64,000 bases of DNA. It comes from Nymphaea colorata. Taxonomy: Eukaryota. The position numbers and the translations under genes are program-made. Each line of letters begins with the position of its first letter. Position 1 is the first letter of the stretch. The DNA is taken from NCBI RefSeq assembly GCF_008831285.2, contig NC_045138.2, forward strand, positions 23,994,001 through 24,058,000. Reading direction: 5' to 3'. Below are positions 1 to 12,738 of this stretch, in pieces. The notes below the pieces were generated by a model. That model ran no database searches. It was not told the DNA's origin and was given only the letters and a program-made list of their open reading frames with translations.

Positions 1-636
1 GACATGGGGAGCACGAGTTCTGGGAAGGCTCGTATCACAGCACCATCTAAAGAATTCCCACAAGCCACTTCTCTTAACCTGCCCTTCTTCCCTTTTCAGT
101 TCCAATAGCTACTCTACCGAACCTAGAGAAAACGCTTCTTTCTGCAACAAATGAGAATAACAAACGAAAAAGAGTACAAAAAGGAATGACAAACAATCGA
201 TGCAAGTCCAGCTTGAAATCAAGGCAAACCAACAGATAAAGAACATTTTCTCTAGGCCAGAGTACAAACAGGAGAAAAGGGAAAGGGCAGAAAGACGAAA
301 AGACGATGGATCAACGACTTCCATTTTTCGTCTTCGCGCAGAGGGAAAAATAGAGAGATAGAGAGATGCCTCACTAGATCGCGGTCAGAAGACGGAAGGG
401 AGGGGAAAAGGGTATGCTCCGCGTCTGGGGGGATGTTTCTCTTCGACCACTACGCGTTTGTTTGTCTTCTCCTCTCTGACCTCTCGAAAAAAGATGGAGA
501 AGGAGACGGGAGCCTTGACGGGCATATTTTTTCTCCTCCCGCAATTTTTTTCCACCCGCCGGGGGTGGAAAGATTTTTCCGAATTAATAATTCCGGAACT
601 CAACTCAATGGACACTTTTTCAATCCTTTGTTTGAT

Positions 637-772
637 GGGGAGGACAATTTTTTAATCATTTGAATTTTTTTTGTCAAACTACAGTGCATTGCTAATGCTT
701 TTTCAGTCCTTGGGGAGGACAATTTTTTAAAAATTTGATTTTTTTTTTTAAACTACAGTGCATTGCTGATGC
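637..772. repeat. Imperfect direct duplication, about 62 bp per copy
   Basis: GGGGAGGACAATTTTTTAA...AAACTACAGTGCATTGCT(A/G)ATGC at about 637-699 and 712-772. Confidence 0.8.
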
Positions 773-965
773 ATCAAATGGGGCTCTAAGAGGTCGTTTG
801 AATACATTGGAACACCACGGAACAGTATAGACGCAAATGTTGGACAGAAAACAGCCAAGACACACATGATAGAGAATAATAGGTATAAAAGGTTGAGGAA
901 TTCCAATGCTACCACGAAACAGCGTAGACATTCTCTCCCCGCAGCCTCTCCCCAACCCCAAGCTT

Positions 966-3900
966 TGTTGGTGTATGGAACTTGATCCATACTGGACACT
1001 CATATGCAATACCGCTGGTTTTGTACAAATGCGAGTTTGCCCTAATCCTTATGTTGTGAGGAGGAGAGCAGTTTCTTCTTTGGTCTTTTCTCTGAAAGTG
1101 TCTGTGTTCATCTGAGAGTGAATAGTGAAAGATCTGTGCGACCATGGACGTAGGAGATTATTGCTCTGAACCACGTAAATCTTTGTCTTCTTCCTTGTTG
1201 CTTCTATCCCCATCTTGAGAGTTCGAGAGGAGAGTTTTGTGTGTTGTTCATAACAACTGGTATCAGAGCTCGGTTCGTTCGCGATAGGAACAATGGTGCT
1301 GGAAGAAGGAAAAGTCAGAATCGAGAAGTTCAAGGTAAAGACTTCGGATTCTGGAAGATGCAGATCGAGGACTACTTGTATCCGAAGAAACTGCATGAAC
1401 CACTCATGAGAGCGAAGCCCGCAACAATGGTTGATACAGATTGGCAGTTGCTGGATAGACAAGCCCTTGGAGTCATTTGGTTGACGTTGGCCAGAAACGT
1501 CGCCTTCAACATTGTTAACGAGAAGACGACAGCAAGTCTGATGAAGATGCTAACAGATATGTACGAAAAACCCTCTGTTTCGAATAAGGTATATCTTATG
1601 CGTCGATTATTTAATTTGAAAATGGTTGAAGGTGCCTCTGTTACGGATCACATAAATGAGTTCAATGTTATTACTTCTCAATTATGTTATGTGGATATTA
1701 AATTTGATGATGAGGTTCAAGCTCTAATTTTACTGTCATCTCTACCGAAGAGTTGGAGTGTCACTGTGACTGTCGTGAGTAGTTCATCGCGATCAAATAA
1801 ATTGAAGTTTAGTGGTGTTCGAGATTTAATACTTAGTGAGGACATTCGCAGAAGAGAGGCAGAAGAACCTCTTGGTTCTGCCCTAAATGTTCAAAACAGA
1901 GGCAGAACTAATCAACGCTACCAAGAGCGTGGAAGGTCCAAATCTAAGGGAAGGAGTCAATCCAAACCTCGAAGTGATGGCTGTTGGAACTGTGGTAAGC
2001 CAGGACACCGAAAAAGAGACTGCAGGTTGTTGAAGAAGAAGAACTCAAATCGTAAGGATGATTCAGCATATGAAGCAACAGAAGACATAGCTGATGCACT
2101 TGCTTTGAGTGTACACAGCTCTATAGAGTATTGGATTTTAGACTCTGGTGCATCTTTTCATTCAACGTATTCTAATGAAAGTATACACAACTATGTTGCA
2201 GGAAAATTTGACAGAGTATACATTGCAGATGATGAACTTCTGGATATTGTAGGGAAAAGTGAGGTTCACATTAAAATGTATGGAAGTTAAAAGATGTCAG
2301 ACATGTCCTAGGGTTGAAGAGAAATCTCATTTCGATCAGGCAGTTAGATGACGAAGGCTATGTTACTACCTTTGTTGACGGATCTTAGAAAATAACCAAA
2401 GGTGCTATGGTTATAGCACGAGGTCATAAACTTGGCACATTGTACATGACTACAGATGTGAAAGACACAATGGCTGTGGCGAAATGTGAGAATAAATCCT
2501 TGTTGTGGCATTGCAGGCTTGAACATATGAGTGAGAAGGGAATGAAGATCATGGCAACAAATAACAAGTTGCATGACTTGAAATCTGTAGACATTGGGCT
2601 ATGTGAAGACTGTGTTTTTGGGAAACAGAAAATGGTCACTCTCTAAAGTTGGACGGCCTCCTAAGAAGGAAAAGTTAGAGTTGGTGCATACTGATGTTTG
2701 GGGACCAGCTCCAGTTCGTTCTCTTGGAGGATCCTTATACATGTCACATTCATTGATGATTGTACCAGAAAGGTATGGATCTATTTTTTCAAGCATAAAT
2801 ATGGCATGTTTAATGTTTTTAAAAGGTGAAAAGCAGAAGTAAAAAATCAGACCGGAAAGAAGATTAAGTGTCTATGATCAGATGAGTATGACAACAAAGA
2901 TTTTAAATACTTTTGTGCAGATCATGAGATTTGAACACAAATGACGATCCCTAAAAAGCCTCGACAAAATGGAGTTGCTGAAAGAATGAACAGATCCCTT
3001 TGTGAAAGAGTAAGGAGTATGAGACTTCATTCAGGCTTGCCAAAGATTTTTTGGGCTGATGCAATCAGTACAGCTGCATACTTGATAAATCGTGGGCCTT
3101 CTGTTCCTTTGGACTATGGGATACTGAAGAAGCCTGGATCGGCAAGGAGGTAAATCTTGCACACTTAAGAGTCTTTGGTTGTCTCTCTTACATACATATA
3201 GACTCAGATAAAAGGGATAAATTAGAACCTAAGTCCAGGAAATATTATTTCATTGGTTATGGAAATGATGAGTTTGGGCATCGTTTTTGGATGATAAAGC
3301 GAAGAAAATTATTAGACATAATGACGTACAATTCAATGAAATGGCTCTGTACAAAGATGAAGATAGTCTTATGTCTGATAAGAATGAACATCATGACACA
3401 AGTGAAGACATTGTAGAACTTCAAGATGTTTGTGACTTCAAGATGTTTGTGAAGATCATGTTGCAATTAAGACTCAAGATGGAAACAGTCAGATGGAACA
3501 TGAACTAAGCACATCCCAACCTCCATTGAGGAGATCAAGACCAAAACCAAATCGAAGGTATTCTCCTTATTTACATTACTTACTGTTAACTGATGCCGGA
3601 GAACCCGAGTGTTTTGAGGAAGCAATGCAGGTTACTGATTTAGTTAAGTGAGAGTCTGCTATGAAAGAAGAGATGGACTCTCTACATGCTAACAGAACAT
3701 GAAAACTAATTGAGCTTCCTTGTGTGTAGAAGACATTGCAAAACAAATAGGTATACAGGTTTAAAGAAGAAGCAGATGGAAGAAAAAGGTATAAAGCGAG
3801 GTTAGTAGTGAAAGGTTTTCAACAGAAAGAATGTATAAATTATACAGAAATTTTTTTTCCTGTTGTAAAACTAACTACTATAAGATTAGTATTAAGTTTA

Positions 3901-5485
3901 GTTGTAGCTAAAAATTTATATTTGAAGCAACTAGATGTAAAAACTACATTCCTTCATGGAGATTTGGAGGAAGATATTTATATGGTACAACCTGAAGGTT
4001 TTCAAGTACGAGGAAATGAAAGTCTTGTATGCAAGTTAGAGAAGAATCTCTACAGTTTAAAACAGGCACCGAGACAGTGGTACAAAAAGTTTGATAACTT
4101 CATGGGGAGAAATGCCTTTAAGAAGTGTGATATGGATCACTGTTGCTATTTTAAGAACTTTGATAGTTGTTATATAATTTTACTATTATATGTGAATGAT
4201 ATGCTTATTGCAGGCTCAAATTTGCAAGAGATTAATTCTTTGAAAGAACAACTATCAAAGGAGTTTGAAATGAAAGATCTAGGTGCTGCGAAACAAATCA
4301 TCGGGATGAGAATGAGTATGGACAGTAAGACAGGTACTTTAAATTTGTCTCAACAAAATTATATTGAGAAGATCTTTTGCAAGTTTAAGATGCAATAAGC
4401 TAAACCTGTTAGTATGCCTATTGTTGGTCATTTCAAATTGTCTAAGGATTTGTCACCCAAGACAGATGAAGAGCATGAAAAAATGTCAAGGATTCCATAT
4501 GCTTCAGCAGTGGGCAGCTTGATGTATGCTATGGTATGCACCAGACCAGACATAGCACAAGCAATAGGAGCAGTGAGCAGATACATGGCTGAGTCTGGAA
4601 AGAAACATTGGGAGGTTATGAAGTGAATATTACGATATTTGATAGGAACTTCAGGTATGAGCCTTTGTTTTAAGAAAAATGAATTACTTTTGCATGGCTT
4701 TGTGGATGCAGATTTGAGTGGTGATCTTGATAGTAGGAGAAGCACCACTGGGTACATTTACACCATATGAAGAACTTGTGTCAGTTGGGTTTCACTGCTT
4801 CAAAAGGTTGTTGCGTTGTCTACTACTGAAGCTAAATATATTGCAGTTACAGAAGAAATGATTTGGTTGAAGACTATTCTAAAAGAATTGCATTAAAGGA
4901 AGAGAAGAGTGTTCTCTCTTGTGACAGTCAAAGTGCAATTCATTTAGCTAAGAATCCAGTGTTCCATGCTACAACAAAGCATATTGAATTGAAGTATCAT
5001 TTCATTAGAGATTTGTTGGAAGAGAAGATACTATCTCTTGAAAAGATTCGTTGAACAGAGAATCTAGCAGACATGTTGACAAAGCCAGTGACTACTGAGA
5101 AATCGAGGTTATGTTTAACTTCAGTTGGTCTCCAAGCTTGATTGATGAGGAGCATAGGTTGAGTATGTGATGTACAAGCACTTGGATGGATCAAATTCCA
5201 AGTGAGAGATTGTTGGTATATGAAACTTGATCCATACTGGACACTCATATGCAATACCGCGGGTTTACCCTAATCCTTATGTTGCGAGATAGGGGGGGCA
5301 GTTTCTTCTTTGGCCTTTTCTCTGAGAGTGTCTGTGTTCATCTGAGAGTAAATAGTGAAAGATCTGTGCGGCTGTGGACGTAGGAGATTATTGCTCTGAA
5401 CCACGTAAATCTTTATCTTCTTCCTTGTTGCTTCTATCCCCCTCTTGAGAGTACGAGAGGAGAGTTTTGTGTGTTGTTCCTAACA
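966..5485 (+). mobile_element. Full-length, decayed Ty1/copia LTR retrotransposon (Tnt1/Tork-like)
   Basis: 5' LTR 966-1255 and 3' LTR 5211-5485 (TGTTGG...TAACA). Perfect TSD AGCTT at 961-965 and 5486-5490. tRNA-Met PBS TGGTATCAGAGC at 1258-1269; purine-rich tract just before 5211. Copia domain order gag-PR-INT-RT-RH. Confidence 0.97.
1293..5141 (+). pseudogene. Disrupted gag-pol of copia element 1
   Basis: ATG 1293 (MVLEEGKVRIEKF, frameshift, then GKDFGFWKMQIEDYLY). Zinc knuckle CWNCGKPGHRKRDC, protease WILDSGAS, integrase LVHTDVWGP and QNGVAERMNR, RT QLDVKTTFLHG and LLYVNDML, RNase H CDSQSAIHL and ADMLTK. Many stops and frameshifts. Confidence 0.95.
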
Positions 5486-6123
5486 AGCTTGCCCTTTCTC
5501 TTTCTCTCCTTCTCCGTCTCCGCCCTAAGCTGCCCCCTTCTCTTCTGTCTCCGCCCTCGAGCTGCCCTAACCGTCTCTCTTTCTCTTCTTCTCTGCCCTT
5601 GAACTGCCATGGCTCTTTCTCTTTCTCTCCTTCTCCTTCGTTCGAGCTCTCCTTCTCTGCCCTTTTTCTCCTTCTCCTCCATCTCTCCCCCTTCTCTCTT
5701 CTGAGTCTCTCCCTTGCCCACTGCTCTATGCCTCTCTTTGTTGCTCTCTTCCTCCATTCCATCAACTGACGGTTTTGCTTCCTCCATTCCATCGACTTTG
5801 GGTCGTGCGATCACCTTCATTGTTGCAAGGAGCTCCATTGACGTGAATAAACTTTTTCTATGTGAGGTTTGGTTCTCATTTTTCTCTCTTTCTCTAGTTT
5901 TCTTTCTCGCTCCTTCCCTCTATTTGTCTTTGATTTGCAGTAACTAGGGTTTTTGCTCCTTTGCGTCAATTTGGGGTCCTTTTCTCTTTCTTTCTCTTGT
6001 TGTCTCTCTCCCTTCCTCCCTGCATCTATCCATGCCATTGAAATGGTGAAATTTTTATGTCATCCTTGAAACGCCATTGAAAAACATATTCGTGCACTTA
6101 TATTTTTCTTAGTTGTTACCCAC

Positions 6124-7081
6124 CAGTAGTGTGCCTCTAGCTGTCTAAGAAGTTGTTTCACGAACAACATTGCATGAAAAGCATGTTTGCTTGTCACACA
6201 AGTTACCTAAAGCTTGAAAATCACAAACATGTCTTTGGTGGTTCAATAGACTGGGTATTCTCACATGATGCATATGGTAACAAATAGATATTAGCTTATA
6301 GTGATAAAAGGGACTATATGGATTATGGAAGTGCCAACGGGCATAGGTGTTATCACCTGGAGTCCATATTGCAAGAAGATAGAAGCATGGGTCATCCAGT
6401 TCTCTTTTGTCCAACTGCAGTTTTTGTAAGCACTTGGATGAGTTAGGCCATCAACTCAAGAATGAAACTATTGAATAAGAGATGAAAGTGGTATTAAGTG
6501 TGGTTTGCTCACCCCTTCTACAAGAGGGTGGTTGTATGGAAATTCGTAACTGCAGGAGAGAAGAATGACAAAGAAAATCATGTAGAGAAATGTTGTAAAA
6601 TCTCTTTTGTTAGTGCGCTGAACTTACACATGGTGTTCTGTCCGCAGCCTGCTCATGTTCTAGAGATTGGGTGTTGGAATTGAAGCAGTCATAGGTGTCA
6701 AAGCAACCAAAGCTTTTGATACCTCTCCATCTTGGAGTTTGATATCCTTCTCTTGGATATAGGTTTTTACTTGCAGAGTGAACTCCTCCAGGTTGAGTTT
6801 AATGGTGGGAATTTCATCAGGGTCATCACAATTAAAGTCTTCAATTACACTTTCAGAACTTTCAGCACATTCAGGCTCCGGTGTTGTTGGTTCTTCAATG
6901 ATCGGCTCACACTTACTAATGCCGGAGTCCTCTTGGAGAACTGGACATTCAATTGCTGGAGGTACTCCAGGATAATGCTATTGGATGGATGTAGACCTCT
7001 GGTGTTCCTTGCTCATCCATGAAAGGAATAGATGAACTTACTGAACTTTTCACTTCTAGTGCCAGAAGGGAAAGCCTTGCA
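6124..7081 (-). pseudogene. ROS1/DME-like: ROS1/DEMETER-family 5-methylcytosine DNA glycosylase fragment (4 post-catalytic exons with introns)
   Basis: Exon 7081-6628 (SARL...CEPIIEEPTTPEPE...PDEIPTIKLNLEEF...SKALVALTPMTASIPTPNL*NMSRLRTEHHV), 6549-6513 (YEFPYNHPLVEG), 6414-6357 (LDKRELDDPCFYLLAIWTPG), about 6266-6124 (LCDKQTCFSCNVVRETTS*TARGTLL). GT-AG introns, last acceptor damaged, in-frame stops and frameshifts. Catalytic HhH-GPD/4Fe-4S exons and C-terminal exons not found in the window. Confidence 0.92.
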
Positions 7082-7213
7082 CTGGAACAACATATTAGCA
7101 TTATTAATGTCCCATAGTATATACTATACATATATATAGTATATATATTATATTAGTATATATATACAATGAACTTTGTCATTCTCCTTCACCTTTTGTA
7201 ACTTGCTTTCTAA

Positions 7214-7216
<3 letters not shown>

Positions 7217-7270
<54 letters not shown>
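7217..7270. repeat. (TA)n microsatellite
   Basis: Long TA run seen directly. Confidence 0.95.
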
Positions 7271-7273
<3 letters not shown>

Positions 7274-7915
7274 GAACTTGTTGATACATTTATATCGTGA
7301 GATCACAACCTTCTTACTAGTTTCTGTTGTGACACTTCTAACCTCCCAAGCTGCAAAACTTGTCTGCAAAACCCGAAGTATAAAAAATAGTTATTCACAC
7401 CAAATTAACAAAACAGAACAAAAATGCACCTCATTACTTGTGTCTCATATTGTTGTAAGAAAAGCAATATCATGTAATATCAGTTTAGGCCCACTCTTGA
7501 CGTGGTCATTATTTTAAGCATTGCTAGTGCTGATACATTGATTATGGAGAAAAAACTCCAGCTATCTTTTTATGAGCAGAAAAGTGGGAATACAAAAGCT
7601 GCAGAGCGGGAGAGAGGCTCGTCTTTGCAGGGTGACATCACCGATTGATCCGCATATCAATCATTTGTGCACCTTGTGGCTGATGTGAGTGTCTATTCCC
7701 GATCTCCACGTACAAAGTGCACTGTAGATCTTCATAAATCTAAAGCAAATCATTCCTCTCTCTGCCTCTAATTAATGGCGTGGGGCCATGGCCCGCCTCG
7801 TTTTTTAGTAGGGATCAGGTGGCGGGAGAGGAGGGTAGAGAAGCTGGGTGATGAAGAAAGTGGTGAGCAATGAACATGTGTTTGCTTTGCTCATGAGTCC
7901 TGATTTTAAAAATCC

Positions 7916-8073
7916 TTGAGGGGACAATATGTTAACACAAATACCAAGGAAGCTCTTCTCTATAAAAGAAAAATAAGTTGAAATGAAGAGAGTAGTGGAC
8001 GTAGGCCTATTGGTTGATCCACTTTAAAAACTTCATGTTTCTTTCAATTATTTCTCATTTTTTATTTCTAGCA
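7916..8073 (+). mobile_element. Possible degenerate copia 3' LTR remnant
   Basis: PPT-like TTGAGGGGA followed by TGTTA at 7930, a CTATAAAA box, and a GTGGACGTAGG motif shared with the element 1 3' LTR. No TSD found. Confidence 0.35.
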
Positions 8074-9759
8074 CACATGTATTATCGATTTTGAATCTAA
8101 AATGGGTAAAATTGTTGCATATTTGAATCTAAAATGAGTTTTGTTCAATTGGTTGCATGATCAAGCTTAAAACCAACAAAATGGGGGGCCTGAAAAAAAA
8201 GCCTTTTATCTGTACGTCGTGACGGAGATTTGTCAATCTTGGAAAGTTAAAAGATCGAAGTGGGTTACTCTTGTTGTTTGTAGAAACTTGTTCTAGGCCG
8301 TGCAAAACAATACACAATCTATGATTCTGAAGTACTTAGCTTAAACTCAATACACATTCACTAAGAATAGAAATACTCTCCATTTCGTGTTATTGATTCA
8401 CGCGGGCTAGCTGTACATTAGCTAGAAGAAAGAAGAGTGGGGAAACAAGGGCATGTTTGTTTGTTAAAAACCAAAAATTCGAGATCCGATTTTTAGTTTC
8501 TTGTAATATCATGGACAGAAGCAGCGATTAGTCACATGAATGCTTTGGTAAACATGCATAAAAAGGAAACGAAAAGCGCATCATCCGCGGGTAATGCTGA
8601 GCTTTGATTTTGCTTCTTAAACTCATCTCATCTGTTCAATCAATTAAAATCAATGTTGGTCAAAACCATATTTGGATCGTTCTTGTTTCAGATACGTACT
8701 AATCTGATTTTCAATGCTGATCATAAGTGTGAACTTATTGGTTCCAGACTCGATTCAGGAGCCGAATCGGTGACCAACTCAGCTGGATTGATTGAGAATC
8801 AGCAAAAAATAAATAAAATGTCATTTACTCAAAAATATAATTAGAAAAAATAAATAAAATGTCATTACTTAAAACGACAGCTAGCGATTCGGTCACTGAT
8901 TTAAATAATGTGATTTGCAAAAAAAAGGGAGAGAGAGAGAGAGAGAGAGTGGGTTTTTTGAAATTTTATGACTCCATGAAATCAGGAAATTTTGAAATTG
9001 ATCTTGGGAAAGCAAATTACAATACCTTTTCTTGCATCTATTTTAAAGAAAATAGGGATGCATAAAGACCGGATCCTCTCTGGATCCTGATATAAATGAA
9101 CCTCAGAAGCTATTTCAAGATCTGGATTTGGATGTAGATTCGACCAATCCAACGATGCTTTATGGAGGCCGGGCTTTTCTAGACAAAAACTTAGTGGATC
9201 CGACAGAGTGTCACATAAAGCAGGGAAAATGCTTCAAAGGAAAAGATGGCACCTGAATTTGTCTTGCTTCTGATCCACAGATCTTATTTTAAGTGTTGAC
9301 CAGATCTGGCATAAAGTATTGTAGTTTTATTGATCCAAATCCCGAAACAATGGATCAGTTTGGGATGAGATGTTCCCACTAAATCGGAGACATGTTGGCA
9401 GCCCAGGGAAGAGTGTGCTATCAGCTCCAACTTGAGATGATAAATCGTTTTCCAGTCAACTGGGGGTTGAACTTTAGACTTGTTTTTCACTTGTCTAATA
9501 TATTCCAACCCACCCAGCCAAGTGCGCCTAGCTTTCACGTGGACATGATTTTGTATGTTCAGGCGCATCAATGGTTTAGGCTCCTTTTTACTGACCTTAA
9601 ATGGCGTTTTTGAGAGGCAGAGAAATGGTCGCTCGACGCTTCGTCTCACGACTGCCTCTTCTTTGTTTCTCTGTCGCACTTCCATGGTGCAATAGATATT
9701 GAAAATGAAAAATCCATGAGGCAATCAGCTGTCGACTCTGACTCTCTGTTGGTTCTTTC

Positions 9760-11522
9760 ATGGCTTCCCTTACTAGCCGACTCTTCACATAGCACCCAGC
9801 CATCGGAAACGACAGCAGAAGATAAATAAGAGAGAAGAAAAAGGACGTTAGTTGCCACGAACGCTGCCTTCGCATGCCCCCCAAGGCCTAACCGTGCTGT
9901 TTCCTTCTGCTGTGGCTGTCACCAACTGAGGGAGCAGCTCGATTCTCTCTACCAGGAATCAGAAAAGACCCGCACCAGGGGTGGGTGCTTCCACATCCCC
10001 TTTGATACGCTGCTTCTTTCACTAAATTTTTTGCCCTTATCATTGTTTCTGGCAATTGTGGTGAACGAGAACTGATTTTGGTTGCTTCTGGAATATTTCG
10101 AGAATTGGGCAAAATTTTCTTGTGGTTTTGGTGTCTCATTTTATGCATGAAGAAGGTGTTATTGAGGTAAGTAAACTGCTCTGTCAAGTGGTCGAAGTGG
10201 GTGTATCTGTTTTGCAAAAACCAAAGTTATAGTGGCAGACGCAAAAGTATTATGAGTTCTTGTAGATATGCTCAGTTAGTTAGATTGTTTTTGTTACGCG
10301 GAATGATGTGTGGCATCTTATTTATGTCAAACTGATTTCCTCTCTCCAAATAGGACAGGAAATCTCGTATGGTGCATGCTATATGCCATCATTTTCTTCT
10401 TTTAGGTGGCTTGAATGCGATCTCAGATTTACTTAGTTACCTTTGGAGGTCAGTTAACTTGTTTAGGCATTCAAATAACATGAAATTCCAAGGAATACCA
10501 AAAGGAAATTGCTCTTTAAAAAAGTTTGCTGAATGGTGGAAGATAAGGATGCGAGAGGTAAGTTTTTGCCATGAAAAGCTTCTAAAACTTAGAAAGATTG
10601 GGGAAGACTGTGATGGTCTATAGTTAGGAATCACTGCCAAAATGGCTAAAAGGGCTTCTCTAGTTCATATTCCTCTGAATTTCCAAAAGTGGCTCATTAT
10701 GATGATATAATAAGCAGGCCCGGTTTGGTTAGGCTACTTGGATTCGTTTTACTGGTCCAGAACAACCTTTCTAAATCCAAAGAATCAATCCTTGGTTTGA
10801 TTTTTAAATTTCCAGATTAGAGTGCTGCAGATCTAGAGATGGCACATAGTGAAGCATCCCAACTTCAAGTGAGTGGACCTTATGAACGACAAGCAACTTC
10901 TTATGCTGTAGGTTTGTTTGGTAAAGAGGTGCTACATCTTGTCACTGCTTGAGAAAATGGGATGAAAAAGCGGCATATACTTGTGAAGTAAGATTGGACC
11001 CAAAAACATTGTGGCTTTTGGCAATTTCTTTCTGGACCAGTACAGGCAGACCTATAAGAACGGCCAGGCACTGACGCTGCCTCATCTGGATTTTACAGGA
11101 GTGCCAAAATTAATTGTTGACCGTATTCAGATATTGAAAATTGAAGTTTGTACCCATCGGTTCCATTTAGTCCCCGCTGTATATGGCATATGTTCTGCGT
11201 AACAAGTGACCTTTAGTATAAGTCAATAATCATTTCCCTTTCCTTGGTACCTTGTAGCCATCACTATTATTTTAGAAACTCTCTATGTTAGTAGGTGCTC
11301 AATATACTCAATAATCAAATTTGTCTTCAGAATCTTTATTGCCAAGTCCCTTACTTAGCTCGTCAACATTCTTCTTTCAGCAAATAACACAAGATTGAGA
11401 TTGATGAGATTGTCAGAGGCCGCAGAGAAGCTTCGAAGGCAAGCAACTCTTTAAGTACAAGCTGGCAATGAAAATGCAGCTAGGGACTTGCTTCAACAGA
11501 AGAAGAAAGTAATGGAGGCTTT
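9760..11522 (+). pseudogene. 5' part (2 exons) of a conserved plant coiled-coil protein gene, probably plastid-targeted
   Basis: Exon 9760-9980 (MASLTSRLFT*...GCHQLREQLDSLYQESEKTRTR) splices in phase to the exon starting at 11381 (ANNTRLRLMRLSEAAEKLRRQATL*VQAGNENAARDLLQQKKKVMEAL). This matches a recalled plant family motif ANNARLRLMRLSEAAEKL. In-frame stops present. Confidence 0.7.
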
Positions 11523-12738
11523 GCAATGGACAAGCCTATGCTCTATGCTCTATCTAAGGTTAAACATGTTGATAATTCAAATTATGAAATTCACCTTCAT
11601 CAATAAATTAAAGTGCATTTTTGCTGCTTACTAATAGTTACGCAAAATGCAGGATCATGTAGCTAGCTGTCCCCAGGAAAGGGAACGGGTTATTCGGGCT
11701 GGAGGAGAAGTCAAATGGCAGATTGACACATGGAGGATTGGTCCAGCTGCACTGCAGGTTATTCTAGGCTCATAAGAGCAGATAGGGTGTTTGTCATTCC
11801 ACCATTCTTTCCAGTTTATATGGTTACCAATTAATTTTGTCACCAATCTGTTCTGCTACGGAACCACACTGCAAGGATGTACTGAGTATCACTTTTAGGA
11901 AGCTTTCTCGTTTTGCTTAATACATACAATTACAGTTGTTCTATTGAAATCATTGGTTGCATTCGGAACTTACTTCCTGTGCCTGAAACTTATGTTCACA
12001 GGTGAGACGGTCAATTGGAGATGATGACTTGAAACCTGCTGTGACTGCAGGGCCTGAAATAACAGAAACAGATCTGTCATCTGATGATGAATTTGTGGTA
12101 TTGTCAAATATCCGCCTTCCTGCATTTTTTAAGTTCTGCTGTTAGTTACTACTAGAGTTGCCAGCATGTAAATCAATTGCTTTTTAGAAGGTTGGTGTCC
12201 TTGGTTACCTGCCCGACTGATATCCATTTGGGTCAAGTACAGGAGGAACTGAAAGGAAAATGCTGGTATCCTGCATTTTCTTCTTTCTGTGGTGAAGTTT
12301 GATTTTGAAACAATCTGAACCACAGTCTGGGTTTCTTGTTTTGGGGTCCCTAATGGGTAGTGACATGCATATGCTGGCTAAAAATACAATACAAGTCCTT
12401 CGTAATCTTTTTAATCAATTCAACTGGTTAACAATTAGATGGATGGGAGGTTTGATCTCTTAATTGTGGTTGCTTTTCCATTCTTATTTCTAATTATTGT
12501 TAACATTTAAATAATGTCAAACAATTTCATGCAAATGACGCAGGTGATGGCTAGTGATGGTTTGTGGGATGTGTTTGGTAATGATGAGATGGTTCCCATC
12601 ATCCACGAAACTATCAAAGAGCCTAGAATGTGTGCTAAACGACTTGCCACAGAAGCTGTTGAAAGAGGCAGCAAAGACAAGGTCACTGTTATTGTTATCT
12701 TCCTTCGTCCCGTATCTACTGCAGAAAGAATATTCTGA
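11522..12738 (+). pseudogene. 3' end (partial exon plus 3 exons) of the protein kinase and PP2C-like domain-containing protein gene
   Basis: 11522-11558 (CNGQAYALSK, disrupted by a 7-bp duplication TATGCTC), 11653-11757 (DHVASCPQERERVIRAGGEVKWQIDTWRIGPAALQ), 12002-12097 (VRRSIGDDDLKPAVTAGPEITETDLSSDDEFV), 12544-12738 (VMASDGLWDV...FLRPVSTAERIF*). Recalled match to the C-terminus of the plant kinase-PP2C fusion protein. Kinase domain and PP2C N-half absent. Confidence 0.9.

Noticed and set aside
5388..5838. 134-aa R/E-rich ORFs and the matching + strand S/L-rich ORF
   Set aside because: Low-complexity translations of a CT/GA-rich tract; no domain recognised.
12514..12738. Functional stand-alone PP2C gene
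   Set aside because: Only the C-terminal exons exist; the N-terminal metal-binding motifs are missing and the upstream exon is frameshifted.
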